64,000 nucleotides of DNA, from contig OX597815.1 of assembly GCA_951406725.2 (NCBI GenBank), positions 118,110,001 to 118,174,000 on the forward strand, written 5' to 3'. Positions 40,077 to 54,650 of the stretch are shown in pieces. The notes under the pieces are model-generated. The model saw only the letters and a program-made list of their open reading frames with translations. It did not search any database and was not told the DNA's origin. Made by a program: the position numbers and the translations under genes. Each line of letters opens with the position of its first letter. Within the stretch, counting starts at the first letter, position 1. The DNA is from Octopus vulgaris. Its lineage: Eukaryota.

Positions 40077-40650
40077 ACATACACACACATACAAATGAAC
40101 CCACACATACGTCCCATACACACGGCACACAATTATACATACATGTATACACACATACGCACGTACAAGCACACATACACTAAGTAAAGCACAGTTTTTT
40201 GCCACACACACAAACTCTATGCATACACGCACGAACACACACACACACTACAAACAAAACACACACACGATACATATACATACACGCGCACACACACATA
40301 CTTCAAAGTAGCAGTATTGACCTGTGGTATAGACAAAAGGCACCACTCCTTCTTCGATCTTCACACTACAACCCTACAAACACGCTTTGTTCAACAGCCA
40401 CAACCACACACACATGCACGCACACGTGTCATTATTGCACACATACACACACACGCACATGCAGACCTCCGCACATGCACATATCCACAGTTACACACAC
40501 ATTCTCCTGTCTTTGACAGAACTACTCTTCTGTCTTTGAAAACAACTTTCTTCACCCTTTTCCTTCCGGTCTTTCAAAATGTGACCTCGTGTGTACCGTT
40601 GGCGATTTTTTTCCTCTGTCTTCCCTTCTCTGGATCTTTCCTTCTCCTAT

Positions 40651-40685
40651 GTTTCCGACGAAGAGCTCCGCTCGAAACGTTAAAC
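40651..40685 (+). ncRNA. Minimal hammerhead ribozyme motif, family 1
   Basis: GUUU-CCGACGA-A-GAGC(UCC)GCUC-GAAAC-GUU-AAAC; stem I GUUU/AAAC is perfect. Confidence 0.65.
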
Positions 40686-40779
40686 CCTCCTTCTTTCCTT
40701 CTTTCCTGAGCATCCACTAATACTATATTTGTTCCGCGTCCTCGCGTTGTTGTGTTTTTTTGTGCTTTCTTGTTTGGAT

Positions 40780-40919
<140 letters not shown>

Positions 40920-41366
40920 GGTTTACATATATAAAAATGTGAAAGTGACTCATAGATATCTGTGGATGCAGGGCAAGAGTACTGTCAAAAAAAATGTAGC
41001 ATTCTTTTTTTTGGTGTGTTTTCAGACCTGCAGTTCGTTGAACAAGTATCTATTGGCTTACTAACACAAACAGAAATGCACACACATGTGCCTACACGCA
41101 CAGATGCTTGCACACACACACACACACACACTGTTAACCTTTTAACTGCAAAATTAAATTTCCTGGTTATTCCTGTAATGATGTTAAATATCTACTGAAA
41201 ATAGAATTACTATTTTCTGCAAGTCACGTTGCCTCACTAAACTTGACATATTTCAATAAAAAGCAGTTTCAAACATGACATTCCTCATCAAAAGATAGAT
41301 TGGTATATAAAAATGCTTCCCATAGTTAACGGCAAGAAATTTCTAGTGTATATACATACATACATA

Positions 41367-41745
41367 TCATCATCATCATCATCATCGTTTAACGTCCGCT
41401 TTCCATGCTAGCATGGGTTGGACGGTTCAACTGGGGTCTGGCAAGCCCGAAGGCTGCACCAGGCCAGTCAGATCTGGCAGTGTTTCTACAGCTGGATGCC
41501 CTTCCTAACGCCAACCACTCCGAGAGTGTAGTGGGTGATTTTATGTGCCACCGACACAGGTGCCAGACGAAGCTGGCAGACGGCCACGCTCGGATGGTGT
41601 TTTTTATGTGCCACCGACACAGGTGCCAGACAAGGCTGGCAGACGGCCACGCTCGGATGGTGTTTTTTATGTGCCACCGACACAGGTGCCAGACGAGGCT
41701 GGCAGACGGCCACGCTCGGATGGTGTTTTCTTATGTGTCACCGGC
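41367..41745 (-). mobile_element. Family C retroposon containing three copies of a 63-bp tandem repeat (41541-41745)
   Basis: Units start ttatgtgccaccgacacaggtgccagac at 41541, 41604 and 41667, with a partial unit at 41731. Confidence 0.8.
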
Positions 41746-41752
41746 ATATGTA

Positions 41753-41797
<45 letters not shown>

Positions 41798-42690
41798 ATA
41801 TAAATAAAATATATCATCGTTGTTTAACGTCTGTTTACCATGCTAGCATGGGTTGGATGGTTCGACTGGGGTTTGGGAAGCCAGGAGGCTGCACCAGGTT
41901 CCAGTCTGATCTGGCAGTATTTCTATAGCTGGATGCCCTTCCTAATGCCAACCACTCCATGAGTGTAGTGGGTGCTTTTTACGTGCCACCAGCCTGTACA
42001 GCCTTATTAAATGTTATAGTTGCATTTAATTTGTGTTTGCCAAATTTTCTTTAATATACTAAAACACATGGGCATTATACTTTGTTGTAATATATTATGT
42101 AGTAATAAATTTGATGGGCCATCTTTCATACAAATCTTATATAGTGTTTCCAAAACATCATTGTACCATGGTAACAATTTTGGACAAAAAACAGCCAATG
42201 AAATAGATTTTTGGATTAATGATGTGACCTGTTTCAGACTAACTTTTCATCATCATCATTTTGTTGTTTCCTCTTGAGTCAACTTTGAGCAGTCCTGTGA
42301 TATAAAAAAAAATATTCCATGGTGACTCTCTAGCATTTTTTTTTTTATTACAAAATACTGTACTCCAGCCTTTATTATCATCAAAAGTTTTCTTTTTTAA
42401 AGTGTTAGGATGAAATTTAGCTGTTATTTCTAGCAGGTTGAGTGACCACATAGGAATTTTCTTGGCTCAACCAACATTAGCTGTCATGTCACTTGTCATA
42501 TTATGATGCATTAACTGAGTCTCCACCTGTGCATGCAATGTTTGGTGATATATGGTTGTATGAGGTATGAATATTTGTATTTGTAATTAGCTTCTTAAAT
42601 TTTTTTTTTTTTTGTTAGAGAAGTTTGACATCTGTGGGGAGGTGTATTTAAGGAAGGGATCAGGGGAGAAAAATTATAACTGCAAGAAAC

Positions 42691-43035
42691 TGCTGGATCT
42701 CAATTCTTAATGTATGCTGTCAAACGGTTGCTTTTCTCCCTCAAGATTTAACCTCTTAGCCTGTCTTTCTACATTTGAAAGCAACATGGTGAGATTATGT
42801 ATTACTCTAAGGTACTGACTAAAAAAAAAGCAAATTGTATGGGAATTTTAAAAATATATATAAAAAAAAAGCAAAAAAACAAAGCAGTATTTACTGACAG
42901 CTATAGGAAGCTATTGGATCTTGTTCTGAATGTATGCTGTCAAACATTTGCTTTTCTCTCCTGACTTTCTCTCCTAAATTTTGCCTTTCTTTGTTTGAAA
43001 GTGACGTGGTGAGATTATTTATTACTCTGAGGTAC
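42691..43035 (+). repeat. Diverged ~125-bp direct repeat (period ~220 bp)
   Basis: Blocks ggatct, aatgtatgctgtcaaac, ttgcttttctc, tttgaaag and tggtgagattat.tattactct.aggtac appear at 42691-42815 and 42912-43035. Confidence 0.8.
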
Positions 43036-43904
43036 CATAAGGAAATAATTCTTTAAACTTCAATACTTGTTTCAATCATTGGACTACAGCTATGCTGGGT
43101 TGCTGTCTTGAAGGGTTGACCAAATCCATGCTACTACTTACTTTAAAACTGGTGCTTATTCTATTGGCCTCTTTTGCCAAACTGCTAAGCTGTGGGGGAT
43201 GTAAACAAACCAGCACTGGTTGTAAAGTGGTGTTGGAAGATAAACATATGCACACACACACTCACACGATAGGCTTTTATGCAGTTTCTGTTTACCAAAT
43301 TCTCTCACAAGACATCAGTCAACCTGGGGCTATAGTGGAAGGAAAATATGAATTACTCAATACTTTTTGTTTGCTATGTCCAAAAGATGCATTTGGAGAG
43401 TTGCACTATTCAAGAACTGGATAAAATATCTCATTGAAGAATTGTAGAATAAATCCCAATTCCATTAAGAATGCTGCTTTGGATTAATCTAGTTGATAAA
43501 GAATGTGTTACTGGACAGAAAGGCATGTGAATGAAATACAGGACAAATGAAAATGGAAATGTGCTCTATCATTGGCATATATGTTTATATATTACTGGAA
43601 AGCAATCTAGATCATCAATTTAGATTTTACCAAAGAAAATGGTATGAAGACCTGAATGAATTAAAGCATGTATAGGTATAAGTGTAGTCTTCAACACACT
43701 GATTAGTTTTGGGGTTTTTTTGAAGCATTCATTCAGTTCATGGTTTTTATGTTACCTGATATTTTCCTGGTTGTCATGTTCATGATAATATTGTCGCTTA
43801 CAAATTTGTTACCTATTTTTAAAAAGAAAAGATACACACACAATATAATTGATAATGAAATATTATTCATATTATTGTGAATTATACTCTTACCCCTATA
43901 CTAT

Positions 43905-44312
43905 TTATTCTCTTTATTCTTTTACTTGTTTCAGTCATTTGACTGTGGCCATGCAGGAGCACCACCTTTAGTCAAGCAAATCAATCCCAGGACTTATTCT
44001 TTGTAAGCCTAGTACTTATTCTGTCGGTCTCTTTTGCCGAACCGCTAAGTTATGGGAAAATAAACACACCAGCATCGGTTGTCAATCAATGCTGGGGGGG
44101 CAAACACAGACACACACACACATGTATATATATATACACACATACATATATACGACGGGCTTCTTTGAGTTTTCGTCTACCAAATCCACTCACAAGGCTT
44201 TGGTCAGCCCGAGGCTATAGAAGACACTTGCCTAAGGTGCCACGCAATGGGACTCAATCCGGAAACATGCGGTTTGTAAGCAAGCTACTTACCACACAGC
44301 CACTCCTACACC
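43905..44312 (-). mobile_element. SINE family B, full length
   Basis: Reverse complement of 26795-27185 over its whole length. Confidence 0.85.
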
Positions 44313-45399
44313 TATATAAAGTAATCATGCAAATTAGCTGGCTTTGCTTTCATTAAATGTCAAGATGCAGACACAGCTTTGGTAAATGTGTGGTTAAGAG
44401 ATTTGCTTCCCAACCACCTTGGACTAGTGTTTTCTATTGAAGCCCGGGGCTGACAAAAGCTTTCAGAGTTGGTTTGGTTGATAGAAACTAAAAGAAGTCC
44501 ATCATGGTTGTGTGTCTATGCCTGTTTTTGTGAGAGTGTTATATTTCTCAAGTCTCCATGTGTGTTTGTCCACTGGTTTATAAACAATAGCATCACTGAA
44601 GGTGTCGTTTGGTAGTCCACTATGATACCATGTCTGGGCTATTTGCTGCTGTTCTATAGACTAGAAGACTATTATCTCAGATGGAAACAGGTGAGGTATT
44701 GTTGTCAGGAAGGGAATCTAACAGAAGAAAACTCAGCCCCAACATAATCTTCTCTGGCCCAGACAATCATGGAAAAGACATTAAAATGATGATGATGATC
44801 CAGAGATATATTTTTCTATTTCTCTGATCCAGCTTGGCTCCTCATTTGTAGGTTGCACATGAAATATTTTTGTCAGTCCTTCATTTTGTTATCCTGTTAT
44901 ACATTTTCATGTATTTACATGTAATATATGTATTAACTGTATTTATATTAACTATTTAGTTTCCCCATTCAGAGTGTAGCTCCATTGTCTGGTAATGACT
45001 AGTTCTTTCAGTTTATTAATAAATTCATTCATGTGGATCTTCTTGGCAGATAGTTCTAGAAATTAGTGTTCTGTTTTCTAAAAAAAAAAATAATAATAAA
45101 TAAATAAATAAAAAAACAATGAAGAAAATCATTGAGGACATTTGCAGAAGTACTTGGCATTTCTTTAAAACTAGTTTACTTATAATGGATTCATATGTTG
45201 TATGTATTTGTGCATAAGCCTGGGAAGATGGAGGCAGCAGATAGTTACATTAGGTAGCTAGAAGAGAAGCTAGGTGACAGGTTTCCATAGCAAATGGAGA
45301 AGCAGAAAGTAAGAGGTTTGCCAATGTTCTACTGTGTGAGAATCAACATCATGAGGTGTTCTAGATTGCAAATAAATGTATCAGAGAGAATTAAGACGT

Positions 45400-46100
45400 G
45401 ATGAGAAGTGTGTGTGGACTGATAATGGTACATTTGCACTTAGTTAATCTGAAAAGAAAAGAAACAGCTGCATAGAGGTGCTACTATGAAAGGCTATTAA
45501 ATGTAGAGAGTGCACAGGAGAAAGCTACACTTCCTAATCTGGATCCAACTGAGACCAGCCATTATAGTTGACAGCAGTATGATAGATAAAGCTATTAAGG
45601 ATATGAAAGTAGGAAAAGTCTTCAGGTTCATTTAGAATCACCACTGAGGTGCTTGAAATATTTGACGGAATTGGATATAGTTTTGTTGGCCGTCTAGTTA
45701 ATCAAGTTGAACAACTGTTGTAGCAGTGTTATAGTCAACTGTTACAAGGGTAAAGGAGATGCCTTAGGGAGAAGTATTTCAGAGCTATCAAATGGCTGGA
45801 TCAGGCCATAAAAGTTATAGAAAGGGTTATAGTCTAATTAATTAAGAGAATTAAGCTGGATGCAGTGCAGTTTGGTTCTATGTCAGGGAGAAGTATTACT
45901 GATTTACTCTTGCTAGTAAAATAACTGCAAGAGAGGTATTTAGCTAAAAGTAATCAAATTGTAACTGCCATTCATCGACCTAGAGTAAGACTTCAACAGA
46001 GTCCCTTGTTCTGTGATCTGGTGATCTCTAAGGAAACTAGGGGGAGATGAATAGTGTGTGAGAGCCATACAAGCCATGTATAGGGGTGGTGTCAGTAAAA
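45400..46100 (+). mobile_element. RTE-clade LINE reverse transcriptase fragment (decayed)
   Basis: AIKDMKVGK...IVNCYKGKGDAL...RAIKWLDQAIKVIERV...QFGSMSGRSITD...LQERYL...FIDLE*DFNRVP...W*SLRKLG. Confidence 0.8.
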
Positions 46101-48319
46101 TGGTGATGATATATATATATATTTGTTATATGTGTACATGTCCAAACCATGCCAGCATGGAAATCAGACATTAAATGTTGATGATGATATATATTAACAC
46201 ACACAAACACACACATATGTATGTATTCAATCTTTCCCTCATATTATGTATGAGCACTTAATAATTGACTGGATGGTGATGTTTGTTCTCTGTGTATATA
46301 CCACAAATTTCTTTCAATTCTCTTTAATACTAAACAATGCCTACCACTTTTTGGAATTTACTGTTAGTAAAGTATTCTTCCAAAGTGATATTGATTTATC
46401 ACAAATTATAGCAGCTGTATTTTATTCTATTTTTGTTTTTGCTTTTTTATTTCTTGGCATTTATTCATTTAGTAATAGAACTATTGGTTACCAGCTAACT
46501 CATAACTAAATTAAATTGATATCATTGAATATACATTGTTCAACTTTGATAAAATCGCGTGTTCATTATTTTTTTTATTCAACGGTTTTAAGAAAATATT
46601 TATTAAGTAATAAGTTTTATCTTTCAGATAATGCTATTTCCCAGTGACTACTTCACTATCATTAATAAGATATTATAAACTTTCTTTAATTTCCTTGCAG
46701 AGTTCTTTTAGATTTTATCCATTCTTATGATTCAGGATTGTGTCAGCCATTGTTTTGTTTGGTAGTAGTGGCGCTGGTGCTGGGGTTTATTGACCATTTC
46801 ATCAAAGAGCATGATTGTTACACAGACTGTATTTTGTTGTGAGATATCTTCTTGTCTTTTATCTTTTGTCATTTACTTGTTTCAGTCATTTGGCTGCAAC
46901 CATGCTGGGGAACCACCACGAAGTGTTGTTTGGTTGAACAAATTGACTCCAGTAATTATTTTAAAGTCTGGTAAAGTCTGGTTTCTGTCTGCCAAATTCA
47001 CTCAAAAGGCATTGGTTGGCCCAAAACTGTGTGGTTTCCAAAGCGAGCTTCTTAACCACACAGTCATGCCTATGCTTTTTATATATGGATTAGTTAGGGC
47101 AAAGGTTTTAGGGCAAGAGGAATGAGAATGACTTTTACTTCTCTTCCAGATTGAAATTGCTGAAATTGACATGGTGTTAAACATTAATAGATTAATATTT
47201 GTTGGAAAAACATTTAATGGATAACTTAGCTTGGAGATTCTCATGCCAGATGCACTCAAAGTGCAATGTTGCTTTTGTTGAGATTTTCAAAAGTGACTGG
47301 TATATGAAAGCAAATCACCAGGTACACCATACTGTATGGAAACCATATCACTGAAGAATGAAAGAACCTAAGGTTATAGAAGAGGCATTTATTTATAGTT
47401 TATATAACCTTTGAAATATTAAAAGTGGATGCCATAGGATTGGTAGTTGGTAAAGTCAGAGACCTTGCTCCTCCATTTTTTTTTTTTTAATGAGACACAG
47501 TGGAATGTGTTTTCAAGGACTAAGATATATTCCTGTTGAGTGAGAGAGAAGGTAGAGACTGAAGATTTTGTGAAACAGGAGCTTGCAAGTAAATCCTTCA
47601 GGTATCTTTTTTGAGGATGGTATTAGTAGGTTTACGATGCTAGTTTGAAGTGATTAGAGGACTTGGCTCTGAGCAACTGTGTGTGTAGTTGTGAAATTTG
47701 GGAAATGAAGGAGAGTTTGAGAAGACCTTTCTTAGGTGCTTGAATTGTATAGCTGGGGACAAGACAGCAGCACATTCAGAGGGCTACAAACAAGAGCATT
47801 CTGGTTGGAAAGTGCTGCACAAGATTCAATCTAGTTGCTAGAGACCCTCTTCACAAAGGACCCACAAGCTTTGCTGCAATTTGGTTCTTTACTATAGTGG
47901 CCTTTGTTCTTGAGAGCTGGCTGATCTTGTACCTTTGTCTCCCAGGTACCCCTATCTCACTTGTCTTCGCGTGTCCAATTCATCATCCTCAGAACATTGA
48001 CCCTCTGGAATCATTTCCACACTCATGAACAGAACATTGACTGCATTGATATTACCAGTCTCAAATGGTCCTGCAAAGTTCATTGGCTCAGCCCCTTTCT
48101 TCAGACTCAACAAGTGACAAAAAAAAAAAAGAAGTTGGCATGTAAACACTGGAGAGTAACTTATAAAAATTGGTATTTACAAGGTTTAACTTCTTTAACC
48201 TAGATATACAAAGCTGTTGTATTACTAATATATTTGATACATAAACCAAGGAACAAGCTGTATTACAGGATGACCCTTCAAAAAAACAGAACCCACAAAT
48301 CTTTGAATAAAACTGTTTG

Positions 48320-48810
48320 AATAAAATGATGCAGAGGGATAAAAATAAACAGTGGTTCCAGCAAGATGGGGCTGCTCCCCACCCCACTCCCTATCATCAA
48401 ATGACTCCCCAGCCTGGCTGAGAGAGCGATTTCAGGAGAGACTGATCAGCAGAAAGTATGATGTTGAGAGGGCACTGCATTGACTGGACTTGAACCCTCC
48501 CAGATTTTTATCTGTTGGGGTATCTCAAGGGTAATGTTTACTGGAACAACCCTCAAACAAGTGGTGAACTGAAGGCAGCAATCACAGTAATAATCAGGGA
48601 AATCCCCAAAGAGGAATGTGCTTGAGTAACTGATAATTTTGCGTGACGTATGCCATTTGGAGCATATTTTGAAAAGAACATGACTTTTGTGCAAAGGGAA
48701 TGATCATATACAGACCAAAGTTTAAGTCCAGCAAATTAAAAAAAATTTGTTGGACCTTTATAGGATTTAATAAAATTTTTATGGGTTCTGTTTTTTTTTG
48801 ATCACCCTGT
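48320..48810 (+). mobile_element. Tc1/mariner 3' remnant (possibly rosa/DD41D-like)
   Basis: WFQQDGAAPH...WLRERFQERLIS...DLNPP.FYLLGYLKGNVY.NNPQT..ELKAAI; ends ttttttgatcaccctg-TA. Confidence 0.75.
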
Positions 48811-50691
48811 ATTATATATAAAGGAGAATTTGCTGAATATCAGTAAGTTCAAGTTACAGCCTCTTTAGTTGAGTGAAACTAGTGTGTGTGTAATGGCTTG
48901 CAGAAGTGAATAAAGTATTTGAGAGGGACAAAGAGTTACGTGGAAGAAGAGGTATAGAGTTGAAGTGAGAAGAGGGCCAAGAGAAAGCTGGCTGATTATA
49001 TTAAGTGGTGGAAGAGAAACCAAGCAGCTGATGCAATAGCTGACTATCAAGAGAACAGTGTGTAAGTTAGTGAAGGGCACACAACTACAAAGTTATACAT
49101 AGGTAAATGCATTTGTCAAACAATACACAATTGCACAAAATGTCGAGTACATGTTCAAAGAAAGGATTAAAGCAAGCAGGGAAAGAAAGGGAAAATAGAA
49201 CAAAGGATTGTGGAGAAAAGTGGAACAGAAAAGATGTAGGTGTAGATAAAATTAAGGAGTGAGTTTGTGCCATTTGGAGAAAATGTTTCTTGCTGAAAAA
49301 ATGATCTATTGTTCTCTAAGTTTGTGAGTTCCTTTTAAGCCTTGATATTAGCACACTACAAAGATAGAGAGGTGGTGGGGAGTGTCCAAGGGAGATAAAG
49401 TGGCAACCCACTGGTTTCTGGATATTATTGTAGACACTGAAGAAAAGTTTCCAGAAGTAACTGCCTGAACAACTACTTTATACAAATGGTTAACTTTATG
49501 GAAAAAAAAACAAAAACATGGTATTCTCTATTTCAAAGTAATCTACTATATATTTGTGAAATGGGCGGATGTTGCCTCACAAGCAGTTGTGCAGGCAAAA
49601 GTGGTAGTAAATGTGGTCGGATTAACCTGAAAATTTGCACACCCATGTTAAAAGTGCTGGGGAGTTTGCTCAATTGAAAGGTGTAGACTCTAGGATAAAA
49701 TTCCTCATCTTTAAAATATGGACCGAGTAGACTTGAATAAAATCAGATTATAATACTAGTATTATATATTTCTTAAATGGATAAATTCACTCTCTAAAAC
49801 AATTTTGTTTCATTTAATTTCTAATCAAAATTAGGGTGATAAGCATTGTCTATAAAATACAGGTATGGGCTCTGTGATTTTGAAAAATCATATAAAGGTT
49901 CCAAGACAAAATAAGTTTGGGAACCACTGCCTTATAGTAGTGAAGGAGATGTTCAGAACTTTTTCATCACATTTTGAGATGTAGGAAGTGGACATTTAGA
50001 ACAACAGTTGACAAGATCAGAGGTTAAAGGAAATACAAAATACTCTCATGTTTCCCTGTTACGGTAGCTACAAATGAATGAATGAGAGAGAGACAGACAG
50101 AAAGAGAGAGAGAGAGAGATATACAGAAAGAGAGAAATATATACAGAAAGAGAGAGAGATATATATAGAAAGACAGAGAAATATACAGAAAGACAGAGAG
50201 ATATACAGAAAGAAAGAGAGACAGAAAGGAGAAAGAGTTGGTCGACAGCTGTTCCTTATAAAGAGTTTAATTACTAATAACAAATCATTTTTACAACTCT
50301 CTTCTTGTGTCCATTTCCCTAATTTGTATAAATTACAAAGTTTTACAACTTCATGTGTTTATTCAACAGGTGTTTCACTGTTAGTTGATGTCTTTTTTAA
50401 TATAATTCATTGTTGCATAAAATAGAATTAGTGTCTACTTTCCAACTAAAGTAACACTTGAGCATAAAGGGTTTACATACATTTATAAGCTTAGAGAAGA
50501 CATTTGATATGATCCTATTACATTAATGAAAGGAGAAGGTTATGTGTTAGAGCACTATGAATATTTATTTTTCCAGAATCAACTCAGTATCAACATTGAG
50601 TTTAATCATGAATTTTGTACTCTCTTATAACTTCATTCAGGTATGCTTTATAGGCATGTTAAATTGAACACAATACTCAAGTGGCATTTTA

Positions 50692-51258
50692 TTGGGTTGT
50701 CCAGAAAGTTCATACTGATTTTTTAAGGAAAGGAAAAAGGTCAATAAATACTTGCCATTACATTTTTAATCAACCAAATATGAACCATTTTGTTGCACAA
50801 TGCGTCTCCATCTTTCCTTTAACTTGAAAATACCCTCTTCCCAGAATTGAGGTGGTTTCATGGCAAAGAATTTATCAAGGTATCTTTTTACATCATCCAA
50901 GGAATTGAAATTTTTACCATTAAGACTATTCTGCAGAGACCTGAATAAGTGGAAATCTGAAGGAGCAATATCTGGTGAATATGGAGGGTGGGGTAACACA
51001 TCCCAGCTGAGCTGCAGCAATTTTTGTCTGGTTCCCAAAGCATCAAGTGCCGAAAATGAACTTTCTTATCTTCCATTTTAAAGGGTTACAAAATTAACAC
51101 AGGTTATAGAAACATAAACTTTCTTCCACGAAAAGATAGCTTAAACTGTGCTCTAAATGGAGGTGTAGTCAAATCCTATTTTATGAACTCAACCATGTTC
51201 TAAAATAAGTCGAAAGGTAAGCTACTGTAAATCGGCATGAACTTTCCGGACAACCCAA
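50692..51258 (-). mobile_element. Internally deleted mariner (DD34D) element with both TIRs and TA duplication
   Basis: TIRs ttgggttgtccagaaagttcatactgattt and aaatcggcatgaactttccggacaacccaa are flanked by TA. N-terminal MEDKKVHFRHLML abuts C-terminal WDVLPHPPYSPDIAPSDFHLFRSLQN...RWRRIVQQNGSY. Confidence 0.92.
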
Positions 51259-53944
51259 TATTTTAGCTACCCTGGAAGGATGAACAAGCTGTCTTCAATG
51301 ATATTTGAAATGAGAAATTTAACACCCATAACTAAATATAGCTGCATTTTGTCCATTGCTAAGATGATTCTACCAATCCACTGTAGGTTTTTTTTTTTTC
51401 GTTTTGGTCCTTCAAGGATTCACTTGTCTGGGGGAAGGAATTGACGATGTATTTAGTATAGGGCCTGAAGGATCAGAACCAATAGAACATTGAGTTCAGA
51501 TGAGGAGAGTATTCAGTGATATAAAATGGGCCAAGGCCATTTTCATCTTTCACTTGTTTCAGTTATTGGACTGAGACTGTGCTAGAGCACTGCATTGAAG
51601 GTCTTAGCCAAACAAATCTACCTTAGTCCTGATTTTTTAAATCCAGTACTTATTTTATCAGCTGTCTTTGCTGTACTGCTAACTTATGAGGACATGAACA
51701 AACCAACACTGGTTGTCAAGCAGTAGTGGAAGGACAAACACAGGCATACACACACACATTCATATTTCTGCACATTTTACATCTACCAAGTTCAATCACA
51801 AGGCTTTAGTCAGGCTGGGGCTATGTAGTGGTAGTAGAAGACACTTGCTGAAGGTGCTGTGCAGTGTGACTGAACTCAAAACCACATGGTTGCAAGGTGA
51901 ACTTCTTAACTACACAACATTGACTGTGCCATTATTGAAACAACAGAAGAAAGACCTAAGCTTTGCAGCTTTCCATTGGTTGTAGAGAGTTAAGTAAATA
52001 CAAAGATTAATAGTCTAGTTGTAGAGGTCATCTAAAATGTGGCTGTACTACATGTGTGATCAGTATTCAAATGTATCATCTTTCTATAATAGTGCATGAT
52101 TTATTTATGTTTTTTTTTTTCTTTTTTCATGGAAAGTATTAAAAAAATATTTTTCTTTGCTATGTTGTCATAACTTGTGTACTTTTAATTGCTATAATAC
52201 AAGGTGAAGAGCTAGCAGAAAACATTAGCACGCTGGGCAAAATACCTAGTGATATTTCGTTTGTTTTCACGTTCTGAGTTCAAATTCCACCAAGGTTGAC
52301 TTTGCCTTTCATCTTTTCGAGGTCGATTAATATTTAATCAACCCCCGAAAAGATTGAAAGGTAAAGTCAACCTCTTAATCACTGGAGTTGATGTAATCAA
52401 CTTAATCCCCTTGTCTATCCTTGTTTGTCTCCTCTATGTTTAGTCTACTGTGAGCAATAAAGAAATAAGAAAAAGTTGCTAATGCATGTCATTAAAGTGT
52501 TTAGGATGCGGTGAGGTTTGCAGTGCATTCATGAGCTGTAAATTTCCTTGAAATGCCCAGTGATTTAATGCTATTAAATTAAATAATTTAGCATATCACT
52601 ACTGTAGGATATTTTTGAAATCCCCATTTCATGGGCATTGTGCATATGGCTTTGTCTTCTCATAAAACTGTTTTCCCCGAGTCTATGATGATGTATATAT
52701 TTTGATAGTTTTGCTTATCAGAATTTTTCCATTATTGTTGCATATGCTGTTTGATAGGGATGTCAAGAAAGATGAGAAAACAGAAACAGTCTGCATGAAG
52801 AGTATATGTATAAGGATGAAAGTAGAAAAAGAAAATTTTCTATTGCATGCAGAGGAAATAATTATCATACTGTTATTATCACATCAGCATTTAATGCCCA
52901 CTTCTCCATGCTTGTTGAGGCAGGTTTTCTATGACCAGATGCCCTTGTTGTTGCCAACCCTCACCTGTTTCCAAGTAAGGTAATATTTCACCAGAGTTAG
53001 ACATGTTTTCCATGGGAAATTGGAAACAAACAACATTCCTTGTATGACAGTGATGCTCATTCACAGCCATTACGTGACATAAAGACAAGGCGCACACACA
53101 CACAGAGAAAAAAAAAACATGTGATTGGCTTCTTTTAGTTTCCATCTAACAAATCCATTCACAAGCTTTTGGTCAGCCCATTGATATAGTAAAAATCACT
53201 TGCCCAAAGTAACATGCTGAGGTACTGAACTCAAGACCACATGGTTAAGAAGCAAACATCTTAACCACACAGCCACTCTGTTTTTTTGTCAGTAATTTGT
53301 TATAGCTATAGAAACAGTATTTTATATTCTGTAATCTAAATCTTGTACTAATAGAGACTGTAGTAGTTTTAGAACTCAGTGCTGAGTCAAAATGGTAATC
53401 TTACTATAGTTGGTCTTATTTCCATCCGTCCATCCATCTGTCCGTGACCTTTCCATGGCCAAACGACTGGTCACACTTGCATGAAACTTCGCAGTCTTAC
53501 TAAGGACATCTTGATAATAGTTTATATCATGTTTAAAAAATTTTATTGGTAAGACTTGCTACACTGCTTCTCGTACAAAACTAAGGAAGCCATTTCCGTA
53601 TACATAAATAAAAATACATAAAGTGTGTGAAAGACACAGACAGGGAGAGAAAGACAGAGAAAAACACAGACACACAAAGCCACACTGTGTGTGTGTGTGT
53701 GTGTTTTCTTTTACCCCATCAACACATTGATGGGGTGTGCGAAACAGAAAGTGTGTGACAGAGAGAGAGAGAGAGACAGGCAGACAAACAGATATACAGA
53801 GAAAGAGGGAGAGAGAGAGAGAAAAACAGACATACAGAAAGAGAGAGAAAAAGGAAGTGTGTGTGTTTCTTTTAACCCCATCAATGCACTTCCTCTACAA
53901 CGATGTCAATTAGGTACAGCACCCAGGACAAAAAATAAATAAAT

Positions 53945-54510
53945 AAAAACAATAATGTTAATGACTACATGATTAACAACTTCCCAGGAGAAAGTCGAAA
54001 ATATCTAAGTTTGGACACTATAGTCGATGGAAATTATCACCAGTATCCACAGGATTTCTTTAACAACTTGAATCCAGTGGGACTACCTGTGCATAGGATC
54101 TCACTGTAAAAGTACTCTCCTATAATGCTCCTACAAAATTTTGACCCTGCCAATGGACATTGCAACGGAACAAGATACACCATCACACAACTCAATTCTC
54201 ATATCATCGAGGCAGTGATAGCAATTGGCCCTCACAGTGGTAAGCGCCTGTTCATACCTCGGATACCACTGGTACCCTCCAACAACTAGTTTCCCTTCCA
54301 ATTACGACGCAGGCAGTTTCCCATCAAACTAGCCTTCTCATTCACATCTAACAAGTCTCAGGGCCAGACTTTAGATCATGTTTCTGCCCACTCTGATGTT
54401 TGCCCATGGCCAGTTGTATGTCACTATAAGCAGAGCAACAAACTCAGCTAATTTGAAAATTAATGTTGATCAAACACAAAATATCATTTACAAAGAAGTT
54501 TTGTAAACCT
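53945..54510 (+). pseudogene. Helitron PIF1-like helicase C-terminal fragment
   Basis: YPQDFFNNLNPVGLPVH...PIMLLQNFDPANGHCNGTR...LFIPRIPL...[28 protein letters not shown]...[12 protein letters not shown], with stops and a frameshift. Confidence 0.9.
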
Positions 54511-54650
54511 AATAATATCATGAATATGTACTATGTAAAACTGTACATAAGTATAATCAAAACCAAACGTTATTTATATTTTGTTACATTTCCCATGCCA
54601 TATTTCAGTATAAATACAATCATACTTAAAGTTATCATTTTCCACCCTTT

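Noticed and set aside
41026-41198. Strong acceptor (T-tract then ttttcag) as QSOX exon 2
   Set aside because: The phase-1 translation [14 protein letters not shown] has no QSOX similarity and runs into a CA repeat.
41541-41745. CRISPR-like array
   Set aside because: Units are near-identical with no unique spacers, there are no cas genes, and the context is a eukaryotic retroposon.
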